64,000 bases of DNA from the NCBI RefSeq assembly GCF_009914755.1, contig NC_060933.1, one strand, 5' to 3'. Of the stretch, positions 10,977 through 26,520 are shown piece after piece. Each line of letters begins with the position of its first letter. Within the stretch, counting starts at the first letter, position 1. Both the position numbers and the translations under genes were made by a program. Source of the DNA: the human T2T-CHM13v2.0 reference genome, Homo sapiens. The notes under the pieces were generated by a model. It saw nothing but the letters and a program-made list of their open reading frames with translations. It made no database searches and was not told the origin of the DNA.

Positions 10977-12540
10977 GGGTCCCCAGGCACACAGGTGCAC
11001 ACGCATCCCACACACACAGGCATGTGCACACGTGACACGCGTCCCCAGGCACACACGTGCACACGCATCCCCCACACAGGCATGTGCACACGTGACACGC
11101 GTCCCCAGGCACACACGTGCACATGCATCCCCCCACACACAGGCATGTGCACACGTGACACGGGTCCCCAGGCACACAGGTGCACACGCATCCCCCCCCA
11201 CACAGGCATGTGCACACGTGACACGGGTCCCCAGGCACACAGGTGCACACGCATCCCCCCACACACAGGCATGTGCACACGTGACACGCGTCCCCAGGCA
11301 CACAGGTGCACACGCATCCCCCACACAGGCATGTGCACACGTGACACGGGTCCCCAGGCACACAGGTGCACACGCATCCCCCAACACACAGGCATGTGCA
11401 CACGTCACACGGGTCCCCAGGCACACAGGTGCACATGCATCCCCCCACACACAGGCATGTGCACACGTCACACGGGTCCCCAGGCACACAGGTGCACACG
11501 CATCCCCACACACACAGGCATGTGCACACGTGACACGGGTCCCCAGGCACACAGGTGCACACGCATCCCCACACACACAGGCATGTGCACACGTGACACG
11601 CGTCCCCAGGCACACACGTGCACACGCATCCCCCCCACACAGGTATGTGCACACGTGACATGCGTCCCTAGGCACATAGGTGCACACGCATCCCCCACAC
11701 AGGCATGTGCACACGTGACACGCGTCCCCAGGCACACAGGTGCACACGCATCCCCCCACACACAGGCATGTGCACACGTCACACGGGTCCCCAGGCACAC
11801 AGGTGCACACGCATCCCCACACACACAGGCATGTGCACACGTGACATGCGTCCCCAGGCACACAGGTGCACACGCATCCCCCCCCACACAGGCATGTGCA
11901 CACGTGACACGGGTCCCCAGGCATACAGGTGCACACGCATCCCCCCACACACAGGCATGTGCACACGTGACACGGGTCCCCAGGCACACAGGTGCACACG
12001 CATCCCCCCACACACAGGCATGTGCACACGTGACATGGGTCCCCAGGCACACAGGTGCACACGCATCCCCCCACACACAGGCATGTGCACACGTGACATG
12101 CGTCCCCAGGCACACACGTGCACACACATCCCCACACACACAGGCATGTGCACACGTGACACGCGTCCCCAGGCACACACGTGCACACACATCCCCCACA
12201 CAGGCATGTGCACACGTGACACGCATCCCCAGGCACACACGTACACACGCATCCCACACACAGGCATGTGCACATGTGACACGCGTCCCCAGGCACACAG
12301 GTGCACACACATCCCCCACACACACAGGCATGTGCACACGTGACACGCGTCCCCAGGCACACACGTGCACACACATCCCCCACACAGGCATGTGCACACG
12401 TGACACGCGTCCCCAGGCACACAGGTGCACATGCATCCCCCCACACACAGGCATGTGCACACGTGACATGGGTCCCCAGGCACACAGGTGCACACGCATC
12501 CCCACACACACAGGCATGTGCACACGTGACACGTGCACAG
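10977..12540. repeat. Large GC/CA-rich minisatellite (VNTR-like), 60-64 bp unit, about 25 copies
   Basis: Unit G(G/C)GTCCCCAGGCACACA(G/C)GTGCACACGCATCCCC..ACACAGGCATGTGCACACGTGACAC; I count 25 occurrences of (C/T)ATGTGCACA. Confidence 0.97.
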
Positions 12541-12609
12541 CCTGCGACTGCCCCATTGGCAGCCCCTGCCCCGCACTGTCCCAACACGGTTCCCCCATGA
12601 GGACTGTGG

Positions 12610-12660
12610 TTACATGCTCCCCATTTTATAGACAGGGAAACTGAGGCTCACAAAGCTAGC
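12610..12660. mobile_element. MIR fragment
   Basis: CCCCATTTTATAGACAGGGAAACTGAGGCTCA. Confidence 0.65.
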
Positions 12661-13227
12661 CAGCCAGCCCGCGTGGGGCGTGCCCATGGATTCTGGGCCC
12701 CTGGCTGCACACGCGCCTCACACCTCTCCAGATAGGGCTCCTCCTCCCCAAACGAACCCCCATCCTCCCCCAGGCCTCCCTCCCCTTCTTTTGTTTCCTC
12801 TTCTCCTCCAGAATCTTCTTTGTTTTAGCCAATGTCTCTGGAACCAGTACACTTGGCTATTGGCAGAGCAAAGGAGGCAGAGGCCGGACAGGAGGGTGCC
12901 CTGCAGCGCTCCAGCCCCCCAGAGCAGCTCCGGCCCAAGGGGCCCAAGGAGCAGCCGAGGACCTGGGGCCCAGCACTGCCTCCTGGGCCTGTCTCCTCAT
13001 TCCTGAGTGTGAGGGGAGCTGGGTACTCACGGAGGCTCCTCGCAGCTCTGCCACTGTGCAATGCCAGGACCCCAGAGGGCACCTGTGGGGGGAGAGGACA
13101 TGTGGGGATGGGCCTGGGAACAAGGTCAGTGGACCCCCCCCACCACCCAAGGGTCAGGTGGACAAGGGGCTCTCCATCTGCCAGCGTTCCTGGTGAGAAG
13201 GAGTTCTGTGGAGAGCTCAGGCAGCAT

Positions 13228-13459
13228 CTGTCTCTCCCCCTCCTTCTCCTCATACTGTGTCTCTCTCTGTCTCTCTGTCAGTCTCTCTGTGTCTCTATCT
13301 CGGTCTCTGTTGCTCTCTCTCTGTTGCTCTCTCTATCTCTCTCTGTCTCTGTCTGTCTCTGTCTCTCTATCTCTGTCTCTGTCGCTCTCTCTGTATCTCT
13401 CTGTCTCTATCTATCTCTGTCCCTCTGCCTCTCTGTCTGTCCCTCTGTCTCTCTGTCTC

Positions 13460-13504
<45 letters not shown>

Positions 13505-13508
13505 GTCT
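13228..13508. repeat. (TC)/(TG) low-complexity microsatellite
   Basis: CTCTCTGTCTCT iterations. Confidence 0.9.
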
Positions 13509-13899
13509 TCCAGCCTGTTTGAGACATCACCCACCAAGCGGCCTGGGAGGGAGACCTCCCCTTTTCTCCAGAGGCAAGCCGCAGGGCCCTAACTGGAAGG
13601 GCTGGCCCAGGTCGCCATCATCCCCCGCAGTCTGCAGAGGGAAACGAAGGCCCAGACCTCCCCGGAGCCACCCTGAGGAGTCTCACAGACAACTCCTCCC
13701 TGACATGCAGGCTCAGGGCTCATGCGGGCAAGGGGTCCGTGGCAGGCAGGCAGGAGGAGCTGGTAAGAGGCACCACTTTCGTTTTCTGAGCGGCCGCTGC
13801 AGGCCCGGCCCCCGTGTATCCTGCATCTCATTTTACTTCAGAAACCCCTGGGAGCCGCAGACTGGGAGGAAGTCCCCAAGCTCGGATCCCACCTGGGAC

Positions 13900-14400
13900 C
13901 ATATCCTGCCACGTATGGAACCCCTTCAGCTGCCTCACAGGAGGACAAACAACCCAAGGAGAAGTGAGCAGAAGACTCAGACAGACACTTTACAAAGGTC
14001 TAAGAGCGGTCAACGCGCATACGAGGAAATGCACGGCCTCCTCGGGGACCAGGGAGTGCACATGAAGCCGCCTCTGCTCCCCAACACGCCAGCCAGCACG
14101 GCTGACGCTCAAGGCCTGACCACACCAAGTGTGCGCAGGGAACAACCAGAACGCTCGGAACACAGAATGACCATTTTGGAAAGCAGGTTGTGGCTTCTTA
14201 CCAACTGGGACACAGTTCCCACAGGACCTAGTGATGCCGCTCCCAGGCATTTACCCGGGAGGAACGTACACAGGTCCCCGCGGAGCCTGCGTGGGAATGC
14301 CCGTTGCAGCCAAAACCCGGGTGAGGAGTGCCTCTAATAGGAGAATGGCCATACATGCTGCGGGCTGCGCAAGAGGACACAGAGGCGATCCAGAGCCCAG
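13900..14400 (+). mobile_element. Ancient L1 ORF2 3' fragment, strongly GC-drifted
   Basis: GACAAACAACCCAA..CAGACACTTTACAAA..CAGGGAGTGCA..CCATTTTGGAAAGCAG..GGCATTTACCC is colinear with the L1 remnants at 44880-45300 and 49830-50200. Confidence 0.65.
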
Positions 14401-15378
14401 CAGCGGTTAGGGACGGAGCAGTCAGGGAAGACCCAAGGGTAGAACCTAGCTGTCAGTGGAGTCCTGCCTTCAACATCCAATCAGCAACCATAATGAAGAG
14501 TGGCGGTCCCATTCCGCTATCCTGGCTCAGTGATAGGATTTCAACCCCCTGCCAGGCCTGGCCCGCAGCTGCCCTGCAAGTCGCTGGAGGGATCCACGCT
14601 GAGATTGGCTTCCAAAAGTAGGACGGTGCCTGGAGCGACCAGGGTACCGACACCATCTTCTCGAGTCCTGAGCTTCCATTATTCTAGGCCTATCAGGCTA
14701 ATTCCTACTTGCTGGGAACATCACAGGCCTCAACGAGTCTGTTGGATCATGAGAAATGAGTGCCTTGAATGAGTGCATATCCGTATTGACTCCGTAGCTG
14801 TGCTCTGTGACTGGAGCAAACGCCCATCAGTTTCATAAATAGCTGGCGCTCTGTGAGCCTGGACCTTCTGGGCCCAGTTTTCTGTCTGTAAAATGGACAG
14901 TTTGACGCAGGTGATCTCCAAGGGTCCTCCCTTCCAGTCTGCTCTCCAGGACCCCTCAGACCTCAGCGACGCTCCTCGTTATACACAGATCCGGGGGCTC
15001 CTGATCACGCGAGCACAGACAGGCCCCGCCGTTGCTGATGCAAAGGCACCCCTCCTGGACTGTTTACCACCCTCGGATCAGGCTAATTGAATGCACTCCG
15101 CCAGTGACCCGAAATGACTTTGCTTCGGAATGAAGAGCCTCATGAAAACCCTGTTGCTGTGTTTAATCTGGAATTAAACTGTTTGATGTTCGAGGTCTGA
15201 TGTGAGCACTTCAGAAAGATTGATTGTTTTCCTTGATGAGGCCGTGATGACTAATTGTTCCGTGTTGTGTTATAAATGGGGCAGGAGAGAAAGTTTATTG
15301 AGGAAATAGCACCATCCTGTTTACTCCCAAGGTAGGCATTGATTCGCCGAAATCTATGCCACAGAAGAGAGGGGATGG

Positions 15379-15556
15379 AGGCCGCACCGTGGTTTTCCCA
15401 GCCCTTCCTGAAACTAGAAACCACATCCACACTTCCATCCAACTTCACCAAACTGGGTGAGAAGGCTGTGCTGTGTCTGCTCTGGAGTTCCCCGCCTCTC
15501 TGCTCCGAATGCGCTCTTCGGGTGCCCTCGGAGGTGAATAGGGGTTCCTGGACGCT
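15379..15556 (+). repeat. Dispersed direct repeat, copy 1 (about 175 bp)
   Basis: About 90% identical to 16311-16482; offset 932 bp. Confidence 0.95.
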
Positions 15557-15699
15557 CATCTCCTTGAAAAGGAGTGCGGTGTTAAACTTCATCAGCAGAA
15601 GGCTTTCAGAGGAGGGAGAAGCTCTCCTGAGGCCTCTGTGTTGGCCAGGGGCTGCAGATGGGTGGGAGGACACCGGGGGAGCCCAGCCCAGCCACAGGC

Positions 15700-15973
15700 C
15701 CGAACACAGTCCCCCTGAGACCTTCTGGCCTCAGCCTGGCCATAACCCTCTTGGCATGGAAACCAGAGCCCCTCTCGGCTGAATCAACCACACCTTCCCT
15801 AAGGAGGTCTGAGCGCCTCCAGGTTTCTCCTCCCCTGGGCCCTAGGTGACCATCTAGAGTTTCCTTATAGTTTACAGTTATTCTTGTATCATCATTAATA
15901 ATTCTTTATGTTCAACTCCCCTGTTTAACCTACAGTGTGGTTTCTATCTCCTAATAAAAGCCAGGTTGCTACA
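15700..15973 (+). mobile_element. Possible old ERVL-type LTR 3' remnant
   Basis: Ends AACTCCCCTGTTTAACC..TGTGGTTTCTATCTCCT..GCTACA, resembling ERVL LTR termini. Confidence 0.35.
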
Positions 15974-16310
15974 AAAACAATCAGCAAAGATTTCTTGGGA
16001 ATTTATCATGAGCTCAGTCCACATTAGGTGGGACAACAACTCGCCCAAGAATGAGAGATCATGTCAGTCCAGCAGTACCTTTGCCAGCATCCGCTGTGCA
16101 TGAGCTGCTATTTAAGGCACGTAGAGATAAGCAAAGCAAGCATGGCACCCTCGGCCAAGGACCTTCTGTTTCCACAGAGCTGGGGAAGCCAACCCGTGGA
16201 AACCAAGCCCTCTGAGAGAGCGCTATAGGCAGGATGATTCCTGCCACAGGACTCTGCCATCCCAGCGTGGGCTCCTCACAGCTGCACCTCCAGACAAGTC
16301 CTGGACTTGA

Positions 16311-16482
16311 AGGCTGCACCGTGGTTATCCCAGCCCTTCCTGAAACTAGAAACCACATCCACACTTGCATCCAACTTCACCAAACTGGGTGAGAAGGCTG
16401 TGTCTGCTCTGGAGTTCCCCGCCTCTCTGCTCCGAATGCGCTCTTTGGATGCGCTGGGGATAAACAGGGGTTCCTGGACGCT
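16311..16482 (+). repeat. Dispersed direct repeat, copy 2, abutting the ERV gag remnant
   Basis: Matches 15379-15556; the next bases TGGGCTAAGATAATGTCA translate as gag-like sequence. Confidence 0.95.
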
Positions 16483-17030
16483 TGGGCTAAGATAATGTCA
16501 ATCATGAATATTCTGTTTACTCAGGAAGAGAGGGGAATGACTAGAAGGGCAGCCATGACCATTTGGGAGAGACAGTATCGTCCCGGGCAAGAAGTCCTGC
16601 CAGCTGAGCAGAAATCCCCAGATGCAAATCCCAGGTGGGATAACAGTAACCCCGGGGACCGGGTGGGGTGACAGTAACCCCGGGGACTGGGCCCAAATGC
16701 AGGACCTGAGGAAACTAATAATTAGAGGGATTAAAAAATTCCACTCCTAGAACACAAAATGTCTCAAAAGCATTTGAGATTCAACAAGAAAAAGAGGAAA
16801 CTCCCTCTGCGTTTCTGCAGAGGGTCAGGGTTCAAATGAGAAAATATTCAGGATTAGACCCAGAGGACCCAGTAGGGCAAGGCCTTTTAAAGGCTAATTT
16901 CGTAACTAAAAGCTGGCCTGATACTACTAAGAAACTGCAAAAGATTGACGGATGGGATGAAAAACCTATTAAGGAGTTACTGAGGGACGCTCAGAAGGTT
17001 TTTGTAAGAAGAAAGAAAAGAGAAACTAGG
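16483..17030 (+). pseudogene. gag: ERV gag capsid remnant
   Basis: WAKIMSIMNILFTQEERG..; major homology region-like QQEKEETPSAFLQR; ORF 16836 MRKYSGLDPEDPVGQGLLKANFVTKSWPD..; frameshifted. Confidence 0.85.
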
Positions 17031-17097
17031 AAAGGGAGAAAGAGAAAAAAGTAAGAAGGGAAATCGGAAAGAGAAAGGGGAGGAAATGGCAAATGTA

Positions 17098-17360
17098 GAG
17101 AGCCAAAGCTGTCCGTCTCGCAGTTGGACAGAGGGGAGCCACGGCATGGCTCACGCTGCTGCCCAGAGAGAGAAAGAGTTCATCTGCTGGCCCCGAAGGC
17201 AAGGGAGAGCCGCCGTGCAGCTGCAGGTATAGGGCGGCGGGAGCCGCAGAGCCGAAGCAGATGGCAGCCGAGATAAAGGTGGACAGTGTGAGAGAGCTAA
17301 TGCGAGTAAGCTGTTGCTTCACATGGTGGGCGTGCTGGTACCCAGAGAGAGAGAAAGAGG
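17098..17360 (+). mobile_element. LTR18-like fragment embedded in the ERV internal region
   Basis: GAGCCAAAGCTGTCCGTCT..CCCAGAGAGAGAAAGAGTT..GAAGGCAAGGGAGAGCC..GGAGCCGCAGAGCCG..GGACAGTGTGAGAGAGCT resembles the LTR18 consensus as I recall it. Confidence 0.6.
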
Positions 17361-17699
17361 GAGAAACTGAGTGTGAGAGATAAAGGAAGAAGGGGATAAA
17401 AGAGAGAAAGAGAGAGAAGAAAATGAGCGAGAGAGAGACTGGAAAAGAAAGAGATCAAAGAGGGACACACAAGGTGGGACTCGGGAGAGAGATAATGTAA
17501 AAGGGGGAAGAATACAAGAGGAAAAGAGAGAGGCCATTAAAAAAACGGGGGACAGAGACAAAAGTGCAAGTAAGCAGTAGCTGCCATGGCCCTGCTGGTA
17601 GAGGAGTGTCAGAAGCTGACCTTTGCTGGGGCCCTGGTAGTGAACACAGGTCAGGAATGTATTCAGTCAAAGAGCTGGGAGATGGTTGACTGATTCCCA

Positions 17700-19760
<2,061 letters not shown>

Positions 19761-19849
19761 AATCCCCGGAAGGAAGGGAAAGGGGGAATGGGAAGTGTGT
19801 AGATCACCTAAGGAACTCTGAAGCTAACTCTAAGGAAAACCTAGAAGGA

Positions 19850-21500
<1,651 letters not shown>

Positions 21501-21557
21501 ACAAAAATCAATGTGTAAATGGGACCAATAGGGTTAAAAAGAAAACGAGGAGGGAAT

Positions 21558-22148
21558 TGAAAGAAATCATGTCTATAGTGGTCCATTTCCAAGACAAAGG
21601 GCCTTGAATGGGTTTAGGTCAGCAAGCTACCGAAGAAACAGGATATACTAGGCCCCTGCTTGGATAGCCAACACCTGCTTGTCACCAGCCAACCCCTTAG
21701 TTGTTCTCACCCGAACCAAAGAAGTTTAGTCTAAAAGGAAAGTTTACTAGTCTGCAAAATAGCTCACTTTGTCTGTTCTTATCAGCCTGCCCAGCTACTT
21801 AAGTCATAAGTCAAATACTTGAAGAGCCCCTGAGGTGACTAGGATTGCAATGCATTGTGGGTTGCAGCAAAATGCAGCAAGACCACCCTAAAGAAGACAC
21901 CTAAAGCCCCTGCCCAACAACCAACAGGCGACATCCAGGAAGATTGTGACCCCACAGTACTCAGCCTATGAGGAACCGGGCAAGGGGCCTGTGCGCTAGG
22001 GAATAAATTACTTGTTGAAACTGTGGTGGGTGTGCCTGCTCATCAGACACCTGATCTTGCAAAATCATCATTAAAAGTCTCACTTTTGCTGTTCTCCGGG
22101 TCTCTGAGTCCACGTTTCGGGTTTGGACGGGTGAGTTTGTTTCTCACA
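21558..22148 (+). mobile_element. ERV 3' LTR (LTR10 family)
   Basis: Preceded by polypurine tract AAAAAGAAAACGAGGAGGGAA; TG..CA ends (TGAAAG..TTTCTCACA); ATTAAA poly(A) signal near 22070. Confidence 0.8.
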
Positions 22149-22197
22149 AAAATAAAAGCTGCATACTGCCATACATATCATCAAAGATTGTGACAGT

Positions 22198-22714
22198 TGT
22201 CAGGGAGGAAAAATTCATCCACCCTCTTAGGTTTGGTACCTGGGGAGCTGCAAATTGACTGGTAAAAGAAAGATGAACAGAAAAGAATACAAATTGCATG
22301 AACAGTTAGCACAGAGTTCGCAGAAAAGAAGTGAAATTCAGAGAAGCAGTAAGATCCAGGGCCTTATATGCCATTTTAGCAAAGGAAAAGGGGTTCCATC
22401 TTCTAGGGGTGATACATCTGGGAAAGTGAGTAGGAAATATTGGGGGGAACTAATGGAGGTTAAGGATTATTTTACTGAGACCCGTTTCTGCAGACTCATC
22501 TAGGGCCGACTGCATCTCCAGTGATAAAAGGTCTCCTTATCCTGGTGCAGGAGAGGGGGCCACCTTCCCAAAGCAAGGTGTGTGTCCTGATTTTAGGCAG
22601 AAAGAGGGAGGGCACAGAACTCTTCCTGTACCTGCAGACCCTTAACTACTTTCAGCTCGAGATCATCCTCATGCCAAATGGCATATTTTGGGGTGCCTCA
22701 GGCTGATCCCCTCA
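22198..22714 (-). mobile_element. Solo ERV1 LTR, MER34-like
   Basis: Reverse complement begins TGAGGGGATCAG..CACCCCAAAATATGCCA..TTGGCATGAGGATGAT, the MER34-type 5' end. Confidence 0.7.
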
Positions 22715-23919
22715 GGGTCCAGAGAGGGAGTTTACCCTGAAGGCCACATCAACAGGAGGTGAGGCAGGGCGGTCTTCAGAGTTTTTACTGCTGAATTCAG
22801 TCAGGAGTTCAGCTGCACCTGTGTCCCTGGCTGTGTCTGTCTGGAATAGCAGAAAAGCAGGGTCAACCTGAAGGTCAGACGATAGGAATTGATTAAATAA
22901 ACCGGGGGGGGGCATGCAAGTGGGGAGCCACTCTGCCGCCTGATAAATGTGGCTGCCTAGACTCAATGGCAAGAAGCCAAGGTTACAGCCTGAAAAGTGA
23001 AACGGCAGCCCCTGGTCCCCCGCCACCCCGTCCCCCACCACTCCTGGGCTGCCTGAGACAGCCAGCACGGGAGGCTGCCAGGCGGCTGCCTGTGCTGTGG
23101 GCCCCGAGAGGCTGGAGGCTTGGAGCTGCCTCCCTAGTGCTTATTGGAAGCACCTGCCATTAACTTGCTAGTTTCTTTTTTTTCAGGGCACTATTGGCGC
23201 CCCCAGGATGCTGACAGGCAGGCAGGGGTCCTGTGGCATTCACTGTCTCTTGAGAACCTTGCAAAACATTGCAAACCCCATCATTGAGAGCAAGTTCCCA
23301 CTCCAAAAGCAGTGAACTGAAATCTCAAGTTTAAGCCCCACCTCCAGGCCTCCTCGAGGTTACCCAGGCACCAGGCCAGAACCCGCAGGACCCGTGAGAT
23401 GCTGGGTCGAGACCCCCTGGGCTCCGACAGAGGAACTGCCTCAGGTCAAGGGTGTTCCTTTCACACAAGAGAAGTCAAAACTCCGGGTGTGAAATCTGCA
23501 AATACCTCTGTGTTTTCCTCTTTTCCAGGGCATGGCCTCAGGTGAAACTCACACAGTCTTCTGGAAGCATGCCTGGGTTTTAGAGTACCCTGTTCCCTCC
23601 CAATACAGGCGTGAGGAGAGCAACACTCTCCGTCTCTAGCCCCTGGACTAGAACCTGGATCTGCTGACACCATTGGGGCCTGTCAGACACCTGCCAATCC
23701 TGACGTTGGATGAGAAAAGGCTGCTAAGACCACGGGGTCCCACCGGTGGAGACAGCCATGCCCACAGGTGGGAAGGGGCTTGCCAAGGCTACCAAGCAGA
23801 TAGCAACGGCCGGGAGCCAGCGCAGTGCTGGCCTGGGTCCTGCACCTGCACATATAGTCACTCAGTAAACGTTGGCTGCATGAGTGAGTGAGTGAGTGAG
23901 TTAGTCTGGCTTTTCCATC

Positions 23920-24766
<847 letters not shown>

Positions 24767-25778
24767 TGGTACCACCATCTTATGGGGCGAAAGTTCGGGA
24801 GGACTTGGCCGGGCAGTTCCCACAGGGGGTTCTGTCAGGGCTTGGCAGGGCCGCCGTCTAGAGGCTCCACGGAGCTGAGCCCGTCCACGATCCCTGGGGA
24901 AAATCCACGTGGCTCCCAGGCTGGCCATCTGAGGACAGTGGGACTTCTTATGGGGCAGAGTGAGTGTCCCCAAAGTGGGGGAAGCTGCAGGGCCTCCGGA
25001 ACGAGCCTATGTGTTCACCACATCCGTTGGTGACAGCAAGTCACAGGTCAGAGCGTGGGGAAGACGCAGACCCTGCCTCTCAATGGGGACAGGTCAGCCT
25101 AGAAGAGCCTCTGGCCCTGCCACCTGCCTGCCCCATAGTCTGTTTTGTTTTCTTCACAGCATTTATTCAGATTGAAAGTGAGTGAAGGAGTTCAGGACAC
25201 ACCACCCCAGAAGATGCTGCTTGGCGCGTTGATTAGCTGAACAACGGCAGATGCAGACAACAGCGCTCCTGAGGGCCCCTCCCCTGCCCAGAGACGGAGC
25301 CTCCGAGAGCAGGAGAATCTCATCAACCAGGAGGATGAGCCCAGGCTCCCAGGAGAAAAGGCTAGTGGTCGACGCCACACCCAGAAAGTCTTGTTCACAG
25401 ACGATCACCTGTTCCGAGGGCTCATTCATCTTTCCCAAAGGTCATTTCCTGCCCCCCAAGTTGCCTATATCCCCACCCCTCCTCAATGAAGCCGGGGTGT
25501 TTGCAGCACTCGCTTTTCTTTCCTGTGATGCCATGTGCAAGTGACACCTTGAGAACATTTTCTGCTATTCATCAGCCCATGGTCGGCTGTGGAGCCCTCA
25601 GAGGGTGGCAGAAGTGTCTCTCCACCCCATGCCAGCTGCACTACCGTGTCTGTGCCACCTCCCCAGGCAGAGCCCACATGGCGAGGCCAGCCCTGCACGG
25701 AGGGGGCACTCAGCACACGTGGCGAGAGCGTGACTGGTTAGTGAGCACAGCACCTTCGAGGCCAAAGGCACAGCATGA

Positions 25779-26032
25779 GAGGCAGGGTGGGTGCCTCTGC
25801 CCCTCAGAGACAGTTCCCGTGAGGCAGGGCAGGCACCTGTGCCCCTCAGAGACAGCTCCCATGAGGCAGGGCGGGCACCTGTGCCCTTCAGAGACAGCTC
25901 CCATGAGGCAGGACGGGCACCTGTGCCCTTCAGAGACAGCTCCCATGAGGCAGGGCGGGCACCTGTGCCCTTCAGAGACAGCTCCTCTGAGGCAGGGCGG
26001 GCACCTGTGCTGCTCAAGGACAGCTCCTCTGA
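25779..26032. repeat. 42-bp minisatellite, 6 copies
   Basis: GAGGCAGGGCGGGCACCTGTGCCCTTCAGAGACAGCTCCCAT, starting at 25779, 25821, 25863, 25905, 25947 and 25989. Confidence 0.95.
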
Positions 26033-26214
26033 TGCCCAGGCTGCTGGGTCTTGTGGGATGTATAGGGGTCCGCCAGGCAGAGGAGAATGGTTCTTGTAGA
26101 GCGCTCCAGGCTCTCTCTCCCCACCCAGCTCCAGAAGGAGCAAGAGCCGGAGCAAACAAAGCTCCAGCCTCCTGGGCTGGTTGATGTGGGCTCAGTGCAG
26201 AGAAGGGGAGGACA

Positions 26215-26520
26215 TCATTCATTCAGTCAGTCATTCATTCACCCACTCGCCCAGTGAGTGCCAAGCACCCTTGGGCACTCAGCACCATGCTGGCAGCGGG
26301 ACAGTCAATGGGAGCGAGGCAGACGTCCCTGCCTGGATCATCAGGAACGAGTCCCACGGGGCGGCTGTGAGGTAGGAGGAGGCGGTGTGCCAGGGTTGAG
26401 GATGTCTGCGAAGGGAAGGCTCTCTCTGGCTGACCCTGAATGAAAGGCATGTGGAGGGGGAGGGGACAAGGTGGGTGCCAGGGGACGTTCCTGCGGAGGG
26501 AGCACCCGCAGAAAAGCCCC
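26215..26520 (-). mobile_element. L2 3' end
   Basis: CATTCATTCAGTCAGTCATTCATTCA tail followed by CAGCACCATGCTGG..GGGAAGGCTCTCT..CCCTGAATGA. Confidence 0.6.

Noticed and set aside
10977-12540. CRISPR-like array
   Set aside because: The units are contiguous with no unique spacers, there are no cas genes, and the DNA is primate.
10953-12598. Cys-rich minus-strand ORFs resembling metallothionein or keratin-associated proteins
   Set aside because: TGTG-rich repeat DNA inevitably encodes C/V/A. Several frames on both strands are open, and no promoter, splice or poly(A) context supports a gene.
12832-14337. 501-aa ORF
   Set aside because: It crosses a CT microsatellite and an L1 fossil, has no recognisable domain, and is explained by stop-poor GC-rich sequence.
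15379-16482. Paired LTRs of a miniature retroelement (TRIM-like)
   Set aside because: No TG..CA termini, PBS, PPT or TSD is visible around the two 175-bp copies.
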